Below are positions 1 to 18,772 of a DNA stretch of 64,000 nt, piece after piece; the first letter of the stretch is position 1; each line of letters begins with the position of its first letter. The notes beneath the pieces are model-generated. The model saw only the letters and a program-made list of their open reading frames with translations. It was not told the origin of the DNA and made no database searches. Source of the stretch: the human T2T-CHM13v2.0 reference genome, Homo sapiens; the NCBI RefSeq assembly GCF_009914755.1, contig NC_060930.1, one strand, 5' to 3'. The position numbers and the translations under genes are program-made.

Positions 1-45
1 TGTTGGCGGGGGCAGCCTGCCTCGTCATGATTTTTATCTCACCTG
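1..45 (+). CDS. SLC22A1: SLC22A1 (OCT1) exon 7, 3' part (truncated by window start)
   Basis: Reads (L)LAGAACLVMIFISP-G| followed by donor GTAAGT at 46-51; ATG of Met420 is present at 27-29; joins exon 8 in frame (G|AC = Asp). Confidence 0.97.
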
Positions 46-156
46 GTAAGTTGTCTGCTTTCATCATTTCTCAGGCAATCGAAGTGTGGGGAAAGTGTTG
101 TGACTCTTTGATAAGCCTCTGGAATGAGAACAAAGATGAGGTGCTACCTTTGTCTA

Positions 157-1480
<1,324 letters not shown>

Positions 1481-2111
1481 GTCTGTAATTCTTACAATCA
1501 AAGATAAACCAAGCTACATTTAAACCTAAAGCAGATTAACTTCAGTCAGTTTTAATTTGAGTACGTAAATTGCCTTTCACATTCATTGCTCTTGGATATG
1601 TTGTAAAATAAATACAAGGGCAGATCTGCTCTTTTCTCAGTTTTTACTGCGTGTGCTCTGCACTTGCTGATTTAGTGAGTCATTTTGGCAGGCTTTCGTG
1701 CAGGGTATTGTAGAGACTGTTCTGTGAAATCTGTATGCCCAAGAACTAGGCTGTGTAGATCAGGCTGGAAAGAAAAAGGGTTGGGGAAAGAAAGCTCAGT
1801 TTTCTTTTCCCTTTTTTTCATGGAGAAAGAACAGAGAACACAGGAAAAGGGGCAGCATGGATCTGAAATAGATTTTGCTCACTTTCTTCCCAATCTCTCT
1901 GTTTCTGGAATCCTGGGTAAGATGTGATGGATGGGCATACTTTTAAAAAGTTCACAGCACTGAGTGCCAAGAAGGAGGGCCATCGAGGGCTAAGTCCATT
2001 CAGTTGTCACCTGGACAGAGCCCAGGCATCGTCCCCTCCCCAGCCCCCTCCTCCCAGCTCCTGTCCTCCCCTCGTCCCTCTGTCTTAGTCCTTATCACAT
2101 TTTAGGACAGT

Positions 2112-2600
2112 CATTCATTCAACCCGCAGGAAATATCTCCAGGCCTTCTATATGGCTGGCAGGTATCTAGGTCCTAGGATTTCAACCATGAGCGAAGCAG
2201 AGAGAGTTCCTGCTCCATGGAGCTGACATTCCAGAGGGAAAAGAGAAGGATGTCAGTGCTTTCTACAATGGGCACGGGAGGCCTGAAGAGGCCTAAATGA
2301 AGTGGGAAGAGCCATGTAAAAATCTGGGGAGAGTTTTCTGACACGTGCAAGGCCCTTGGGGTGAGAAGAATGTGGCATTGGAGGGACTGCTCGGGATCTA
2401 GGGACAAGGGTCAGGCGAGCTCGTGGGGAGCAGTGGAGTGAGGCGTGGAGTGAGTTGGGAAGTAGCCAGCTGTGGACTTTATCCCAAGAGTGGTAGGAAA
2501 CCACTGGTGGCTTTGAGCAGGGGTGGACTTGACCCAACTCCAGTCTGAACTGGGTCCCTCTGGCTGCTGTGATGAGCGGCCCTGGGGGTGCAGAGTGGAG
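2112..2600 (-). mobile_element. L2 LINE fragment
   Basis: cattcattcaac... terminal motif and cctgctccatggagctgacattc typical of the L2 3' end. Confidence 0.6.
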
Positions 2601-3632
2601 GCATGTTCAGTTCTCTGAGGCCAGGGATGCTGTTTACCTCTGGTCAAGCATCACCAGGCTAAAGACCTGTGAATGAGGACCTCCCTCGAGGCATTGGAGT
2701 GAACTCCTTGCCTTTTATCTTTTAGAAGCTAGATGAGGTGTGGTCCTTAACAGAAGGCTCAGCTTGGCTTCTCTATCAGGGCTGAGAGCTCCAGGAGGCA
2801 GAGAGACTGTGTTGCACCCATGAGACGGGTGAGGGGCACTCTCATTTGGACCCTCACACTGGCTGAGTGAGATGATACAAGATTTCCATAAATAGCCAGT
2901 ATCTGGGGACAAGGGTCAAGCTGACATCGTGTCTGTGACCCCAGAGGCCTTTATAGTGAGCTGGTGTGTCACAGGGTTACTTGCATTTCAGTGCTGGGGG
3001 TAACCCATGCAGAGCAGATGATGGTGGTTATTAAGGATCTGAGCTTCTTTCCAATGAAGCCAAATTCTTTGATCATTCTCAATAGGGAGAGGGCTTTCTG
3101 GGCCTTCAGGTGGTCGAGAACCCCACAGCAGCCTGCCAGCGTGAAACAAGGGCTCGCTTCCCTCATTCTCAGCCTCTGAGACTATTATGAAAGGTGTTTT
3201 GGTTAAAACTGTATTGGAAACAAATATTAAATTGAGGATTAGAAATCTGTTTTGTTAGTTTGAGAACTACTACTAGAGGGATTATGTTTATTGAGTGCTT
3301 TCTGTGTTTCAGGCACTGAACTAGAATGGATACTATCATATAATAAATAAAAAGCCAACTTTAAAATTCTGTGGTCACAGTGGACATTTGACATACATCA
3401 GCTCTAAGTCTCATGATGATCTATAAGCTGGGTGTCATTATTCCCATTTTACAGCCCAGGAAACCAAGCTGAGATTCAAAAAGCCCATTCTTTCCCCTGT
3501 TCAATGGAGTCTTCTTGAATATGTCATCGTCAACTCCCCAAATCTCTTGAGACTCAGTTTACTTATCTAAAAATGAAAAAGTTAGATAAGACAAACTTCC
3601 AGGCCCCACCAGCTCTAATAGTCCAAGCATGA

Positions 3633-3821
<189 letters not shown>

Positions 3822-4459
3822 TGAGTGCATGGAACAGGGGTAGCCAGTGAAATGGCTGTGAACCCACCAGCTCAGTGGGAACCAACATCTCCAAGGTGCT
3901 TCCTAAAGATGCAGCCAAGCATTGCTCAGTTTGGACATTGAGTGGCATTGTTAAGAAATCACGTTCAGAGAGATGGGGTTAAGCATCAAGAGAGGGTCAA
4001 CCCATAATTATAGCAGAGAATGTGAAAGGGGACCCTGTGAGCTGATGGATGGGGTCAAAGTTGTTCTGTACATACAACAAGTACAAGAACAAAAGGTGTA
4101 GAGAAGTGGGTACTGGACAGGGACTTGGGAAACCTGTGTTGTAGCCCTGTCCTTGGCACTAATTGATTGTATAAACATCAGCCATTTCATTGACACTTCT
4201 GGGCATCATTTTCTTAAACAGCTGACATTTGTATAGTGATACGCGAGTATTTCCATACATGTGATTCCCTTAAATTTGTTCTTGGGTATGATCATCCCCA
4301 TATTACATATGAGGAAGCTGTGATTTAGAAAGGGAAAGAAGCGTTGTAGGGGTCAGACAGCTAGAAAGAAGCAGGGCTGGGGCAAGGACCACATCTTCCT
4401 GACCTGGAACCCTGTGGTTTTTCCATTATGGCACATTACTGTTCTGTAAACTGAGGAAC

Positions 4460-6640
<2,181 letters not shown>

Positions 6641-8811
6641 TCTTGGAAGACTTAGTTTTAAATGAAGATTATTTTAATTGTAAAAGTAAACACTTTACTT
6701 AAAGTTCTAAGAAATTCTAGTTTGTTAGAAATTCCGTATGTTACTTAAACTCTTTTTCCTCTGTATACATTGTTTCTTCTCCTTATGTCATCATACCAGT
6801 AGTTTCTAGGAAATACCCCAGCTCCCTAATCTCATCTTATACATGCGCAGTGCTCTGAGCCCTTCAGTAAAGCCAGAAGGCACCAGGATGGCCTTGATTC
6901 ACTCTTTCCTGACTAATCCTTTATTAACAGGCCATGTCTGAGACTCTCATTGGTAAAAAGTTACTGGGACTGAGTACAGGAGATGAAGGCATATTAAAAA
7001 GAAAACCTTCTATATTTGGCAGTTCTGAGCCCAGAGTCTAAAATAGCCAGGCCAAACAATTCCATTGTCATGGCCACTGGGCCAAGGGGACTGACTCAAA
7101 ATGTAAACTGTGAAAGGTACTGAGTGTGTAGTTCTCTAGGGAGAAAGGCCAAGCAACCCATCCCCGAGGAGCCCTCGACCACTGCTCAGAGAGCTGGTGG
7201 GAGAATCATTCTCATTCACTAGGGAGGGAAGCTAGATGTTCAGAAAAAACTCTCAACTTCTTATGTACACACGCGCACACACACAAGGTAAGGCAGTCAT
7301 TCAAGTTCCAATATTTCTAATCAATTGAATCAAATTTAATTTGCAGAGAAGGAATAATTTCTGTGACTTTATTACTTTATAAGCACTCCAAGTTTAGACA
7401 GTCTCTATGTAAACCATTCTGACCCTGCCTCCGTTCCAGGCAGTTTCAGAGTTGGACTGCTCTGCTCCTCTTCACTTTGTGCAGCACGTGTTGTAAGAAC
7501 ATTCATTTGGCATTAATACCCACTGCCTTGTTTTGAAAATGATCTTTCCATTTTTATCTCCTCACCTTCTCATGAGCTCCTTGAAAACAGAAACCACATG
7601 TCATGTCATACTTCTCTGTACCTCACAGAACTCTTCCACAGCCAGACTCACTACATGCTGTAGAATGACTCAATGAATGAAGTACCGCAAACATCTGAAT
7701 TTTAAATAAGGGGCCTAGTTCCCTACTTCTTCTAGCTTCTGTGTGCTTGCCATTTTTTTCCTTTTAACAATAATTTTTTAAAAATAGTAAAAAATAACTG
7801 TGTCTTTTCTTGCACCTCTTGGAAATCACACAAAAGCTATTAGAAGAATGAGGGATAATGCAAATGTGTTTGAAACTGTGATAACATGAAAAGACAATCT
7901 ACAAGAGGAAGGGCTGCCTAGTGTGTGAGGTCTAAGGGAGTCCGAGAAGATTCCAGGAAAGGACCCCTGTGACAGCAAATCGTAGGCGAGGCCAGCAGCT
8001 TTCCAAAGTAGACAGCGTGACTTGAAGGGTGTGACCCATGGTCCCTTGTTTGGAGAAACAGAATGATGGGTGCATGGGCTGGAGGTGGAAGCTCCCTTCC
8101 CTGGATGTTGTATGGCTGAAGGTGAAGCAGGGAGGGCAAGGCTGTAAAAGAAGATATGCAGGAACTTTCAGACAGCAGTTACTGAGAGGCGGGTGGAAGA
8201 GACTAGCTCCACACCATCAGCCCCTGTAGATCAGGAATAAGTGAGCCAAAAAAATCTAATCATATACAACCCTGATCAAAGAAAGAATTTCTACTAGCCC
8301 AGAACATGGCCTGGCTGCTTCCCCACAAACCCTTCTAGAAATGGCTGATAGAGGAAGAAATAACAGTATGAAAAGATGAGTAATAAACAAAAAAGTAATT
8401 CATTCAGGAGGTACACAAACATATCATGAGATAAAGGGGGAAAGGAGCAGAAAAAGCAAAAGGCAAATGAAGAACATGTACCAGAAAAATGCTGTAACAA
8501 CATAGATCAAAGTTCTAACTACATATACTACCAAAATGTAAAGTATTAATAAATCAGTCATCTCTATAAAAATAAGACTTTAAAGCAGAGGTATAGTTCT
8601 AGAGAGAATATCTGGCAAGACAATAGAAGACACTGAAGCTGTCTTAAGAAAGAAACGAAAAAGAAAAATTAAGAAGTGGAGAAATTCTTGCATTTGAGAA
8701 ATGAAAAACCAATTTGAACACAATGCAAAGGAGAATAGATTCAGTGAGGGAAAGGCAAGACAGGACTAAGAGTTGCAAAGTAAAATGGAAATAAGAAATA
8801 AGCAGAGTTTA

Positions 8812-9115
8812 ATCCAGGCATGGTGGCTAACGCCTGTAATCCCTCACTTTGGGAGGCTGAGGTGGGCAGATCACTTGAAGCCAGGAGTTCGAGACCAGCC
8901 TGGCCAACATGGTGAAACCCCGTCTCTACTAAAATTACAAAAATTAACTGGGCATGGTAGTGCATGCCTATAGTCCAAGCTACTCAGCAGGGTGAGGCAG
9001 GAGAATCACTTGAACCCAGGAGGTGGAGGTTGCAGTGAGACAAGATCGAGCCACTGCACTCCAGCCCGGGCAGGGAGACTTTGTCTCAAAAAAGAAGAAG
9101 AAAAAAAAAAAAAAA
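8812..9115 (+). mobile_element. AluS element with long TSD
   Basis: Full Alu; flanked by gaaataagaaataag(c/t)agagttt at 8788-8810 and 9116-9138. Confidence 0.95.
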
Positions 9116-9505
9116 GAAATAAGAAATAAGTAGAGTTTCAAAGGTTCTATGTATGTATGTATGTATATAGTCCGTAAACTTTTTGGTTAAAAAAAAAAAA
9201 GATATATATATATACACCCCCCGCCCACACACATACGCAATAAATATACTTCAGGAATACATCTGAAAATAAAAGAATGCTTGAATCTATAAATTAAAGG
9301 GACACATGTAGCAGAAAAAACTGACCCAGTGAACAATTATTAGGACATATTTTTATTTGGTTACTATACTTTAAAGATAGAGAAAGAGTCACCAAGTAGC
9401 CAGGCTGAAAGTTTGTCACCTATATAAGAAGAACAAATTGTTATCATTTGATGAAGACAGTCAATGCCTGCAGTGACCTCAAGAAAATAAAGTGCAATCC
9501 AGTGA

Positions 9506-9773
9506 TTTTTATTATTGTTTTTTTGAGACAGGCTGGAGTGCAGTGGCATGATCTCGGCTCACTGCAACCCCTGCCTCCCCACTTCAAGTGATTCTCCTGC
9601 CTCAGCCTCCTGAGTAGCTGGGATTACAGGCGTCCACCACCACGCCCAGCTAATTTTGGTATTTTTAGGAGAGATGGGGTTGGTCAAGCTGTTCTCGAAC
9701 TCCTGACCTTAGAAGATCTGCCTGCCTCTGACTCCCAAAGTGCTAGGATTACAGATGTTAGCTATCACGCGCG
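9506..9773 (-). mobile_element. AluS element with two internal deletions
   Basis: Antisense Alu lacking the gagtctcgctctg and tcaccatg segments; flanking repeat aatccagtga. Confidence 0.9.
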
Positions 9774-12083
9774 AATCCAGTGAATTTTATCCAACCAAGC
9801 TCTCATTTCTATATAGAAGCAATAGCCAATCATTTAAAAATATCTCAAATAATATGGTTCCTATGATCCTTTCCCAAAAAAGTTGTTAGAAACAAAATTC
9901 AGTAAGTACAGTGACGAATGAAGTAATGTGTCAGAATTATTGGTAGTGATCATTGAAATTGATATTAAAACGAGTGTGTTTTTGGCTACAAAACAATATA
10001 ATATCACAAATCTGAAAATAAAGAAATGTTATAACTCACAAAGACTGAAAAGAGAAAAGAGAAAGAATGTTGGAGATGGTGTAATACACTGATTTCTTCA
10101 ATACACTTGTTTTTTGGAAAAGTGTATCCTTAAAAACTGACAAGTATAATTAGTTCAGCAGCAATATATTTTTAAAAACTGATAAGTAGTATCCTAGGCA
10201 TATGTTAAGATATAAAAGAAAACACTAAAAGTAATGATAGAATCAACTAAATCAGGTCATGGAGGGATGGTTTGAGGGGGAAGTAGAAATATACTAATTT
10301 TATGATTGTTCATAATAGGAAGTTAATCAATACTGTCTAAAGAAATAGGATATTAATTATATAAGGTTATACAGTAATCATTTGACTAAAAATACAGCCC
10401 TTCCAAATGATCAGGAAAAATACAGATAACCAACACATACTGAAAATAAAAGACACCAGAAGCAATAAAAAGCCCTGGTGTGAATAGGTGATAGAATATG
10501 AATAGATGACAGCATTGATATGACAGAACTGACATGGTAGAATTAAGACGAAACATTTCCGACATTTAAATAAATGAAAAGAGGCTTAACTCCTTTATTG
10601 GAAAAAATGAGATGACTCCCTAGCTTGATTACAAAGTGAAATCCAACAATATGCTGCTATATGAAGTATAACTTTTCCTGAGAAAAGCTAAAAAAGAAAG
10701 AATGCACAAAAGCATACTAGGGAAATATATAGCAAGTGTCATAATCTAATTAAAGTTGAATTTATGGGAAAAGGTGCTAAATAAGATAAGGAGGGCCCTA
10801 AATAATGATAAAGAAGGAATCCACAATGGTTTTAAAGGGGGATTTTTAAAAACATTTAACAAATAGAAAATTCCAATAATATTTAAATTGCTCTAAAGCA
10901 TAGAAAAAGAAGAAAATTTTCCAACTTTAAAAAATAAAATTAGCGTAATATTGGTACCAAAGAACAACAAAGATAAAGGAAACAAGGAAACTACAGACAT
11001 ATATTTATGAATATGGATCTAGAAATCCTAAACAATATATTATCAAACAGTGGAGAACATTAAAATAATTACTATTCTATGTCTTAGATGAATTATTCCA
11101 GGAGTGCAAAGATGGCTGAGTTTTAGAAAACCTCACAGTATAAATCATGTTTATTAGTCAAAAGAGAAAAATTATATTATTATCTCCATTGATACTGAAA
11201 GGCATTCAATAAAATTTCCACCTCTACGTTTGTTTTAAAAATTTCTAAGAGATGATATAAGCATTTTTATCATCAGGATATAGGTCATGGGGGGAGGGAT
11301 TGGGAAAGAAATATAAATATATGAATTTTGTAATTAGTCATAGTAGGGAGTAAGAAATTATGCAAATAATTGCAATAGAAGAAGCTTAAAAGTAATACCC
11401 GAAAGGATAGAACTTTTCCTGATTTATTATTCCTATTTTAATCATGTTTTCAAAACAAAGCTCAAGATTGTTTCTAGGAATACAAAATCGAGCATGGAAC
11501 AAAGTGAAATTTACAATTTCTGACATCCAATAAAAAATTACCAGGCATACAAAGAAGTAGGAAAAGATAACCTATCTTGAGGAGAAAAATAAATCAATTC
11601 AAACTGACCTAGAAATGGCACAGATGGTAGAATTAGTGGACATGAACATTAGAACAGTTATGATACCTATATTCTCTATGTTTAAGGTCCTAGAGAAAAG
11701 ATTGAGCATGTTAAGTAGATGCAAGGAAAAAAAATTTAAGTCCCAAATTAAACTTCTAGAGATAAAAACACAATGTCTGAGATGAAAAATACACCACATG
11801 AGTTAACAGCAGATTAAACATTATGGAAGAAAATATTAGTGAACTTGAAGATAGCAATTGAAACTATCAAAAAGGAAAGACAGAGAGAATCAGTGAGCTG
11901 TGATACAATTCAATGAATGTAATTGGAGTCTGTAGAAGTGAGTAGGAGGGGTTAATAGAGAGAGAAATAATGCTCAAAATTTCTTCAAATTTGATGAAAA
12001 CTTCAAATACATAGATCTAACAATCTCAATAAATACTAACCACAAAAAAACATCAAGAAAGGCACATCATAAAAATCTTAAAA

Positions 12084-12311
12084 AGACCAGCCTGGGCAAC
12101 ATGGTGAAACCTTCTTTCTACAAAATATACAAAAATTAGCTGGGTGTGGTGGTGCATGCATGTAGTCTCAGCTACTATAGAGGCTGAGGTAGGAGGCTTG
12201 CTTGAGCCCAGGAGGTGGAGGTTGCAATGAGCCAAGGTCACGCCACTGCACTCCATCCTGGGCAACAGGGCAAGACCCTGTCTCAAAACAAAAACAAAAA
12301 CAAAACAAAAA
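12084..12311 (+). mobile_element. 5'-truncated AluJ
   Basis: Starts at agaccagcctgggcaac; J-type gcttgagcccagg; (CAAAA)n tail. Confidence 0.88.
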
Positions 12312-12770
12312 CCTTAAAAAGGAATCAGAGAAAAAAGATATCACAAATAGGAACAAAGATAAGAATGACAGAAAATTTCTCATTGGAAATGATACAAACA
12401 AGAAGGTGGTAGAACATCTTTAAAGTACTGAAAGAAAGAAAAATAAACTGCCAATCTAAAATTCTTGACCCAGCAAAAATACTTTCAAAAATGAATGGAA
12501 AATAAAGACTTTTTCAAACTTACAAAGTCTGAAAGAATTAATCACTAGCAGACTTATACTACAGGAAATATTAGTCTTGAAGATCTTTCAGAAAAAATGA
12601 AAACAGTATCAGATGGAAATCTATATCTACACAAAAAAATGAAGAGCACTGAAAATGATAACTACGTGAGTAAATGGAAATTTTTTTTTTCTGGTTATTT
12701 TCTTTAAAAGACAATGAACTGTTTAAAGCAGGCATTGGCAAACTTTTCCAGTACAGAGCTGGATAGCTAA

Positions 12771-13205
<435 letters not shown>

Positions 13206-14919
13206 TAAAAAACCTTTTAATCATGTAAAAACCATTTCTAACTCAAAGCTAAAAATGCTGTCTTTGGCCTGTGGGCTGTAGTTTGCCAATCAAAACAATA
13301 ATCACAATGTGTTGTGCAAAGGCTGGGAGGGAAGAAACACAAGTATACTATTGTAAGGTTCACATATAATCTATGAATGTTACAATATTACTTGAAGTTA
13401 CTGTGATCAAAGAGTTAGGTTTTCTGTAAACCTAAATCAAAAATTAAAAAACAAAATAATTATAGCTATTAAGTCAACACAGAAGATAATGTGAAATCAT
13501 TTAAAATAATTTATAAGAAGGCAGAAAAAGAAATAAAGGGTTACAGAGGACAAACAGAACAAAAAGAAAACAAATAGCAAGATGATAGATTTAAACTCAA
13601 TCATATCAGTAATCACAAGAAATATAAATGGTCTAGACACTCCAGTTAAAAGGAAGAGATTATCAGATTGGACAAAAAAGTGAAACACAACCACATGCTG
13701 TCTACAAGAAACTGACTTTAAATATAAGGGGAGAAAGATAGTTTAAAACGAAAGGATGGAGAAGGATATTTTATGCTAATACTAATCAAAAGAAAGCTGG
13801 AGAGGCTATAGTAATATCAGATAGTGTAGATTTCAGAGCAAAGAACATTACCAGAGATGAAGAGGGTCATTTCAAGTAGATAGTTTCTCTACATGTTTCC
13901 CCACTAACTTTCTTTCTTCGATTCCTCAATACCTTCTATCTACCCTTCCCTATGTTTCCGTGCATCAGGGGTTCTCTAGTGGAGACTCTTTTCCTCCCAT
14001 CTCTTAACATCTGCTCTGAGCATCCCCAGCAACTCATCAGGTGGAAAAAGCTACTAGTCACAGTTTAAATCTCATTCTCCCAAGAAAATGCTCATCTTAG
14101 CACAGACCAAAGCTTGCAGTCACAGGAAAGGAGCTCTAAGTTAGAATTTCAATGATTAGTCTTCTCTTTCTCAACAACTACAAATTCAGCACCAGATTAT
14201 CCTCATCAGCACTGCAGATCCCCCATGGTGCTAGTGCTAGAAGCTGGAATCCATGTTTTTCTTGGGAAAATCTACTTAAGGCCTGTTGCCCTGTGCTGCA
14301 AATCTCTGGGTCACATGCATAAGGAACCACATTCATTGACCCTTAACCAATGAACGCCAATGGCAGATCCCTCATTCTGATTAGGTCTCCTTTCTTCCCC
14401 ATGTGCCTCCTCTAAGGGTCACTTGTTGGCTATTGAGGTGATGGGTTGGTTAGTCAGTCCCTGGTGCACATCAGTCAGGATTTCCTTCCTGGCTTGACCC
14501 TGCTCCCAGGGTCTTAGGGCTGGGAAGGGCCCAAATCCCACTAAACTCAGTCACTCCCAGACATTGTGCTTTCCCACAGGTGATGACAGGTCATGGACCT
14601 AGAACAGGAGTGAGGTAAAATTGAAGTTTAGAGCAGGGAGCATGTGTTCTTTTTATCTTTGTAAGGCTTGTAGCAATTCTTCAGGTATTATACACCTAAG
14701 AGCTAAATATTTGAATGTGTAGTTAAAAAGAGGTAGGCTCTCTGCCATTGCATGGGCAACGGATGGCTCATACCCACTTTCACTCTAGCCTGTTACCTCC
14801 TCTCAATACCCTCTGGGCTGGTCCTCATGGTTCCTCCTGACCCCTGCAGTTTTCTTCTGAGGTGCTGAGCACTGGACAGCCACAGCAAGCTGCAGGTATT
14901 GGCATTGTACTTGTTTTAG

Positions 14920-15222
<303 letters not shown>

Positions 15223-16164
15223 TGAGTTTACAGAAGGCAAGGATGATGCATGCTCTTGGGATGTCTTCTGGCTTATTCTGTCTTGCTTCATGGGAAAGAT
15301 AAGAATCCATTCCTAGGATATGGGTCAGGGATTTCCATCCTCTGGCTCTGGACTCCAATCATTCATACTATAGGACAGAATCTGAGAGACCTTTTGACAG
15401 TCTCCTGATAAATCTGATCACCAATTCTTACACATTTAACACACAATTGCTAGAGTCTTGAAGATGCTGAATTATCACCTGTCTTCTGTATCTAGATCTT
15501 AACAATTGAGAACACTCACAAGGAGATGAGTGGGAATCAAAGTTCCGTATCAGCTTTCTTCCTGATACAGTTGGATGAGAGAAGGGAGAGGGGATTCCTA
15601 CTTATCTCTCCAAACCTAGGCCAGAGAACTTCCAAGACCCTGCTTACCCACTTGATAGAAGACAACAGTTGCTGGTTGTTTGCAGAGCCAGCCATGCCTG
15701 GGCACAGGTGAATACAAAAAGAGGGGTGGAGGAAGAGATAGGGAAAGGGAGAAAGGAAGAAGGAGGGAGAAAGGGAAGTAGAAGGCAAAGGGAAAAAGGA
15801 GGGAGAAAAGAGTGATGGGAGGGGTCCACCCTGCCCACATATAGACTGTGCTCTATAGCTAATTCTATGTGTATATGTACCCCAACAACAAATCCCCAAA
15901 TACTTAAACATCAGTTACTATGGAACTTTACACTTCTATAGAAGTAAAATGAAGGCAATGTTTCCTTTACGTACTCTGACATTTCCCCAGTTATCCTATT
16001 GTTTTAATTTTCTTTTATAAATGTTCCTAACTTTTTTTCTTTTTAAAAAATAGTATCTCTCCCATCTGTGTTGTCTCTTCCTCTCTTTGGCTGGCTGTGA
16101 TTATTTCTGTAAATGACATTGGCTGTGCTCTAATGGCTCCATTTGCAATCTGTTTCCTTTGAAG

Positions 16165-16264
16165 CGGTGTTGGGCCTGCTTGCCGCGGGAGTGACGCTAC
16201 TTCTTCCAGAGACCAAGGGGGTCGCTTTGCCAGAGACCATGAAGGACGCCGAGAACCTTGGGAG
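16165..16264 (+). CDS. SLC22A1: SLC22A1 exon 10 (100 nt)
   Basis: tttcctttgaag acceptor, donor GTGAAG at 16265; encodes [34 protein letters not shown] with the MFS/SLC22 LPETKG motif. Confidence 0.97.
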
Positions 16265-16859
16265 GTGAAGCCCATGGTGCCCAGGACTCCGAGGCCCATG
16301 AGTCTGACACGCCCTCCAAAAGGGGCCTAATATCACTCCACATTCTCCATTTCCTCTATCTTAAAAGTTTAGGAGAGCTTTACAGATATTTGTATGTCTT
16401 TTTATTACTCCCAGAACTGCTATGAGGAAAAAAACCCATGATAGCTACTGACTTTATGTAAGAAAATAATGAAGAGCATGACTTGACAGCTATCTGTTCT
16501 CAAGTGCATGGCAGAGAATGATTTGTCTGTAATGTTGGCTGTGGTGCACCAAGATCCCTAGCTCACCCCAAGAGTTAATGACTCTGAGTGGGGAACATTT
16601 TAAAATCAATCTTCTGTCCTCTGAGCAATTGTTGTCTCAGATTCTTTAGTAACTTTCTTCACAAAATTCTTTTGACAGAGAGCAAGGTTTGCTGGAGTTT
16701 CATATTCTAGTCTTAGAGCAATAAAAAAGGAAAGGAAGGAACAGTGCTTGATGAGGTGATCTCTCTCAAGATCCTTTACAGGCTCAGTTCTGTGGATTCC
16801 ACAGCAAGGATGCATGTGTCCTCGTGAATAGAGAGAGAAAAGTCTATGCAGTCCTACAG

Positions 16860-17075
16860 ACTTACGATTGAACCTAGGTCACCTGACTCAGTAGGCCATG
16901 TGACTTTGGGAATGTCATTGAACCCTATGGAGCTTTATTTTTCATTTAATTTCCATGCCTGCAAAATAGTCACAATAATACTTAATTTACAGAGTTTCTA
17001 TAAAGATCTAATCAGATTAAGTAGGTGACAGTGACTAATCCATTGCCTGGCACATAGCAGGTGTTCAATAGAGCT
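16860..17075 (+). mobile_element. MIR
   Basis: gtgactttggg...aaccctatggagc...aaaatagtcacaataata...tgcctggcacatagcaggtgttcaata core. Confidence 0.7.
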
Positions 17076-17451
17076 CAGATTTTCTCCATTCTTCTTGCAA
17101 ATCGTGCTATGTCCCCAGTGATCCTCCAAACTAAGTGTGCAGAAGAAGCACAAAAGGAACATGCTAAAATGCTAAATTCCTTGGCCTTCTTGGTTTTTGG
17201 TTTAGAATGTGAATGATGCAACTCAGGAATCTGTTTTAATAATCTCTGCCAACAATGCACATGCAGATAGGCACTCTGTACACTTCACTTGGGGAAATTC
17301 TAGATTTCTCAGTACTGATAAGGGCAAAACACTATTTTAACAGTAAATGCATTTTCTAGTTGCTGATGATTTCCTTCTTTTTGATCCCAAGTGTTGTGTT
17401 ATCTGATTTAAAGATATTTCATTCTAGTTTGTTAACAGCCACTTGGTTGTC

Positions 17452-17750
<299 letters not shown>

Positions 17751-18235
17751 TGGTAGTCTTTTAAGATGTTCTGTTTAATCCCTTCACTCTCTCATCCTAA
17801 TCATTCCCGCCCTGCCAGGGGAGGCAGGTGCTGCTGCCCAGAGCCCTGAACCCCCTGTGCATCCTTGGTTCTTGACAGTACTCTTCACACGTTATAATAA
17901 TTGTTTATTTCATTGTCTGTCTTCTCTGCTATACCAATTCCATAAATAGTAGCCACAGTCTATGGCCAGAGTGATCATGTTGATTACTCCTTCTTCCCCA
18001 CTTGCAAGGGGAGAATGTCAGGAATGGAAGTGACTGTAACTCTAGCTAAGCTTCACTGTGTGTGTGTCAGCCTCCCTGAAAGCTCATGTGCATTTCACCG
18101 AATCCTCCCAAAACATTGGGAGGCAGCTTCTATGGTTATCAGACCCATTCCACAGATGAAGGAGATAATGACATGTATCCCCAAAGTCACCGGATTCAAA
18201 ATGAGTTAGCCAGGAACATGATCAACCTTCTACTT

Positions 18236-18560
18236 CAGGGCTTGTCTCTTTCTGGAAAGGGCCAGATAGTAAATATTTCAGGCTTTGGGGCCCTGTGGTC
18301 TCTCTTGCTACTACCCAGTTCTGCCCCTGCATTGGAAAAGCAGCTATAGACAATGCATGAAGGAATGGTTGTGTCTGGATACCAGTAAAATGCTATTTAT
18401 GGATGTTGAAATTTGAATTTCATGTAATTTTTTAAGTATCTTGAAATATTTTCATTTTTTCCAACTATATAAAATGTAAAAACCATTTGTAGCTCACTAG
18501 TTGTACAAAAACAGGCTATAAGCTCGAATGGGGCCACAGGCTGTAGTTTGCTATGCCCTT
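18236..18560. mobile_element. MER58B-like DNA transposon
   Basis: aaagggccagatagtaaatatttcaggcttt...gcagctatagacaat...ggctgtagtttgc. Confidence 0.8.
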
Positions 18561-18705
18561 TTCTTCTTTGCTGTTTGCCATCCTTACTTTCTCTTTGTCT
18601 TGACACTTATTCATTTCTGTGTACAACTTTGCAACAGTTCCATCATCAACAAACTGATTGCTTATTTATTTATTTTAACTCCAACTTTTAATTTTGTTGT
18701 TACAG

Positions 18706-18772
18706 AAAAGCAAAGCCCAAAGAAAACACGATTTACCTTAAGGTCCAAACCTCAGAACCCTCGGGCACCTGA
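18706..18772 (+). CDS. SLC22A1: SLC22A1 exon 11, coding part
   Basis: ttttgttgttacag acceptor; encodes KAKPKENTIYLKVQTSEPSGT then TGA at 18770-18772, matching the OCT1 C-terminus. Confidence 0.97.
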
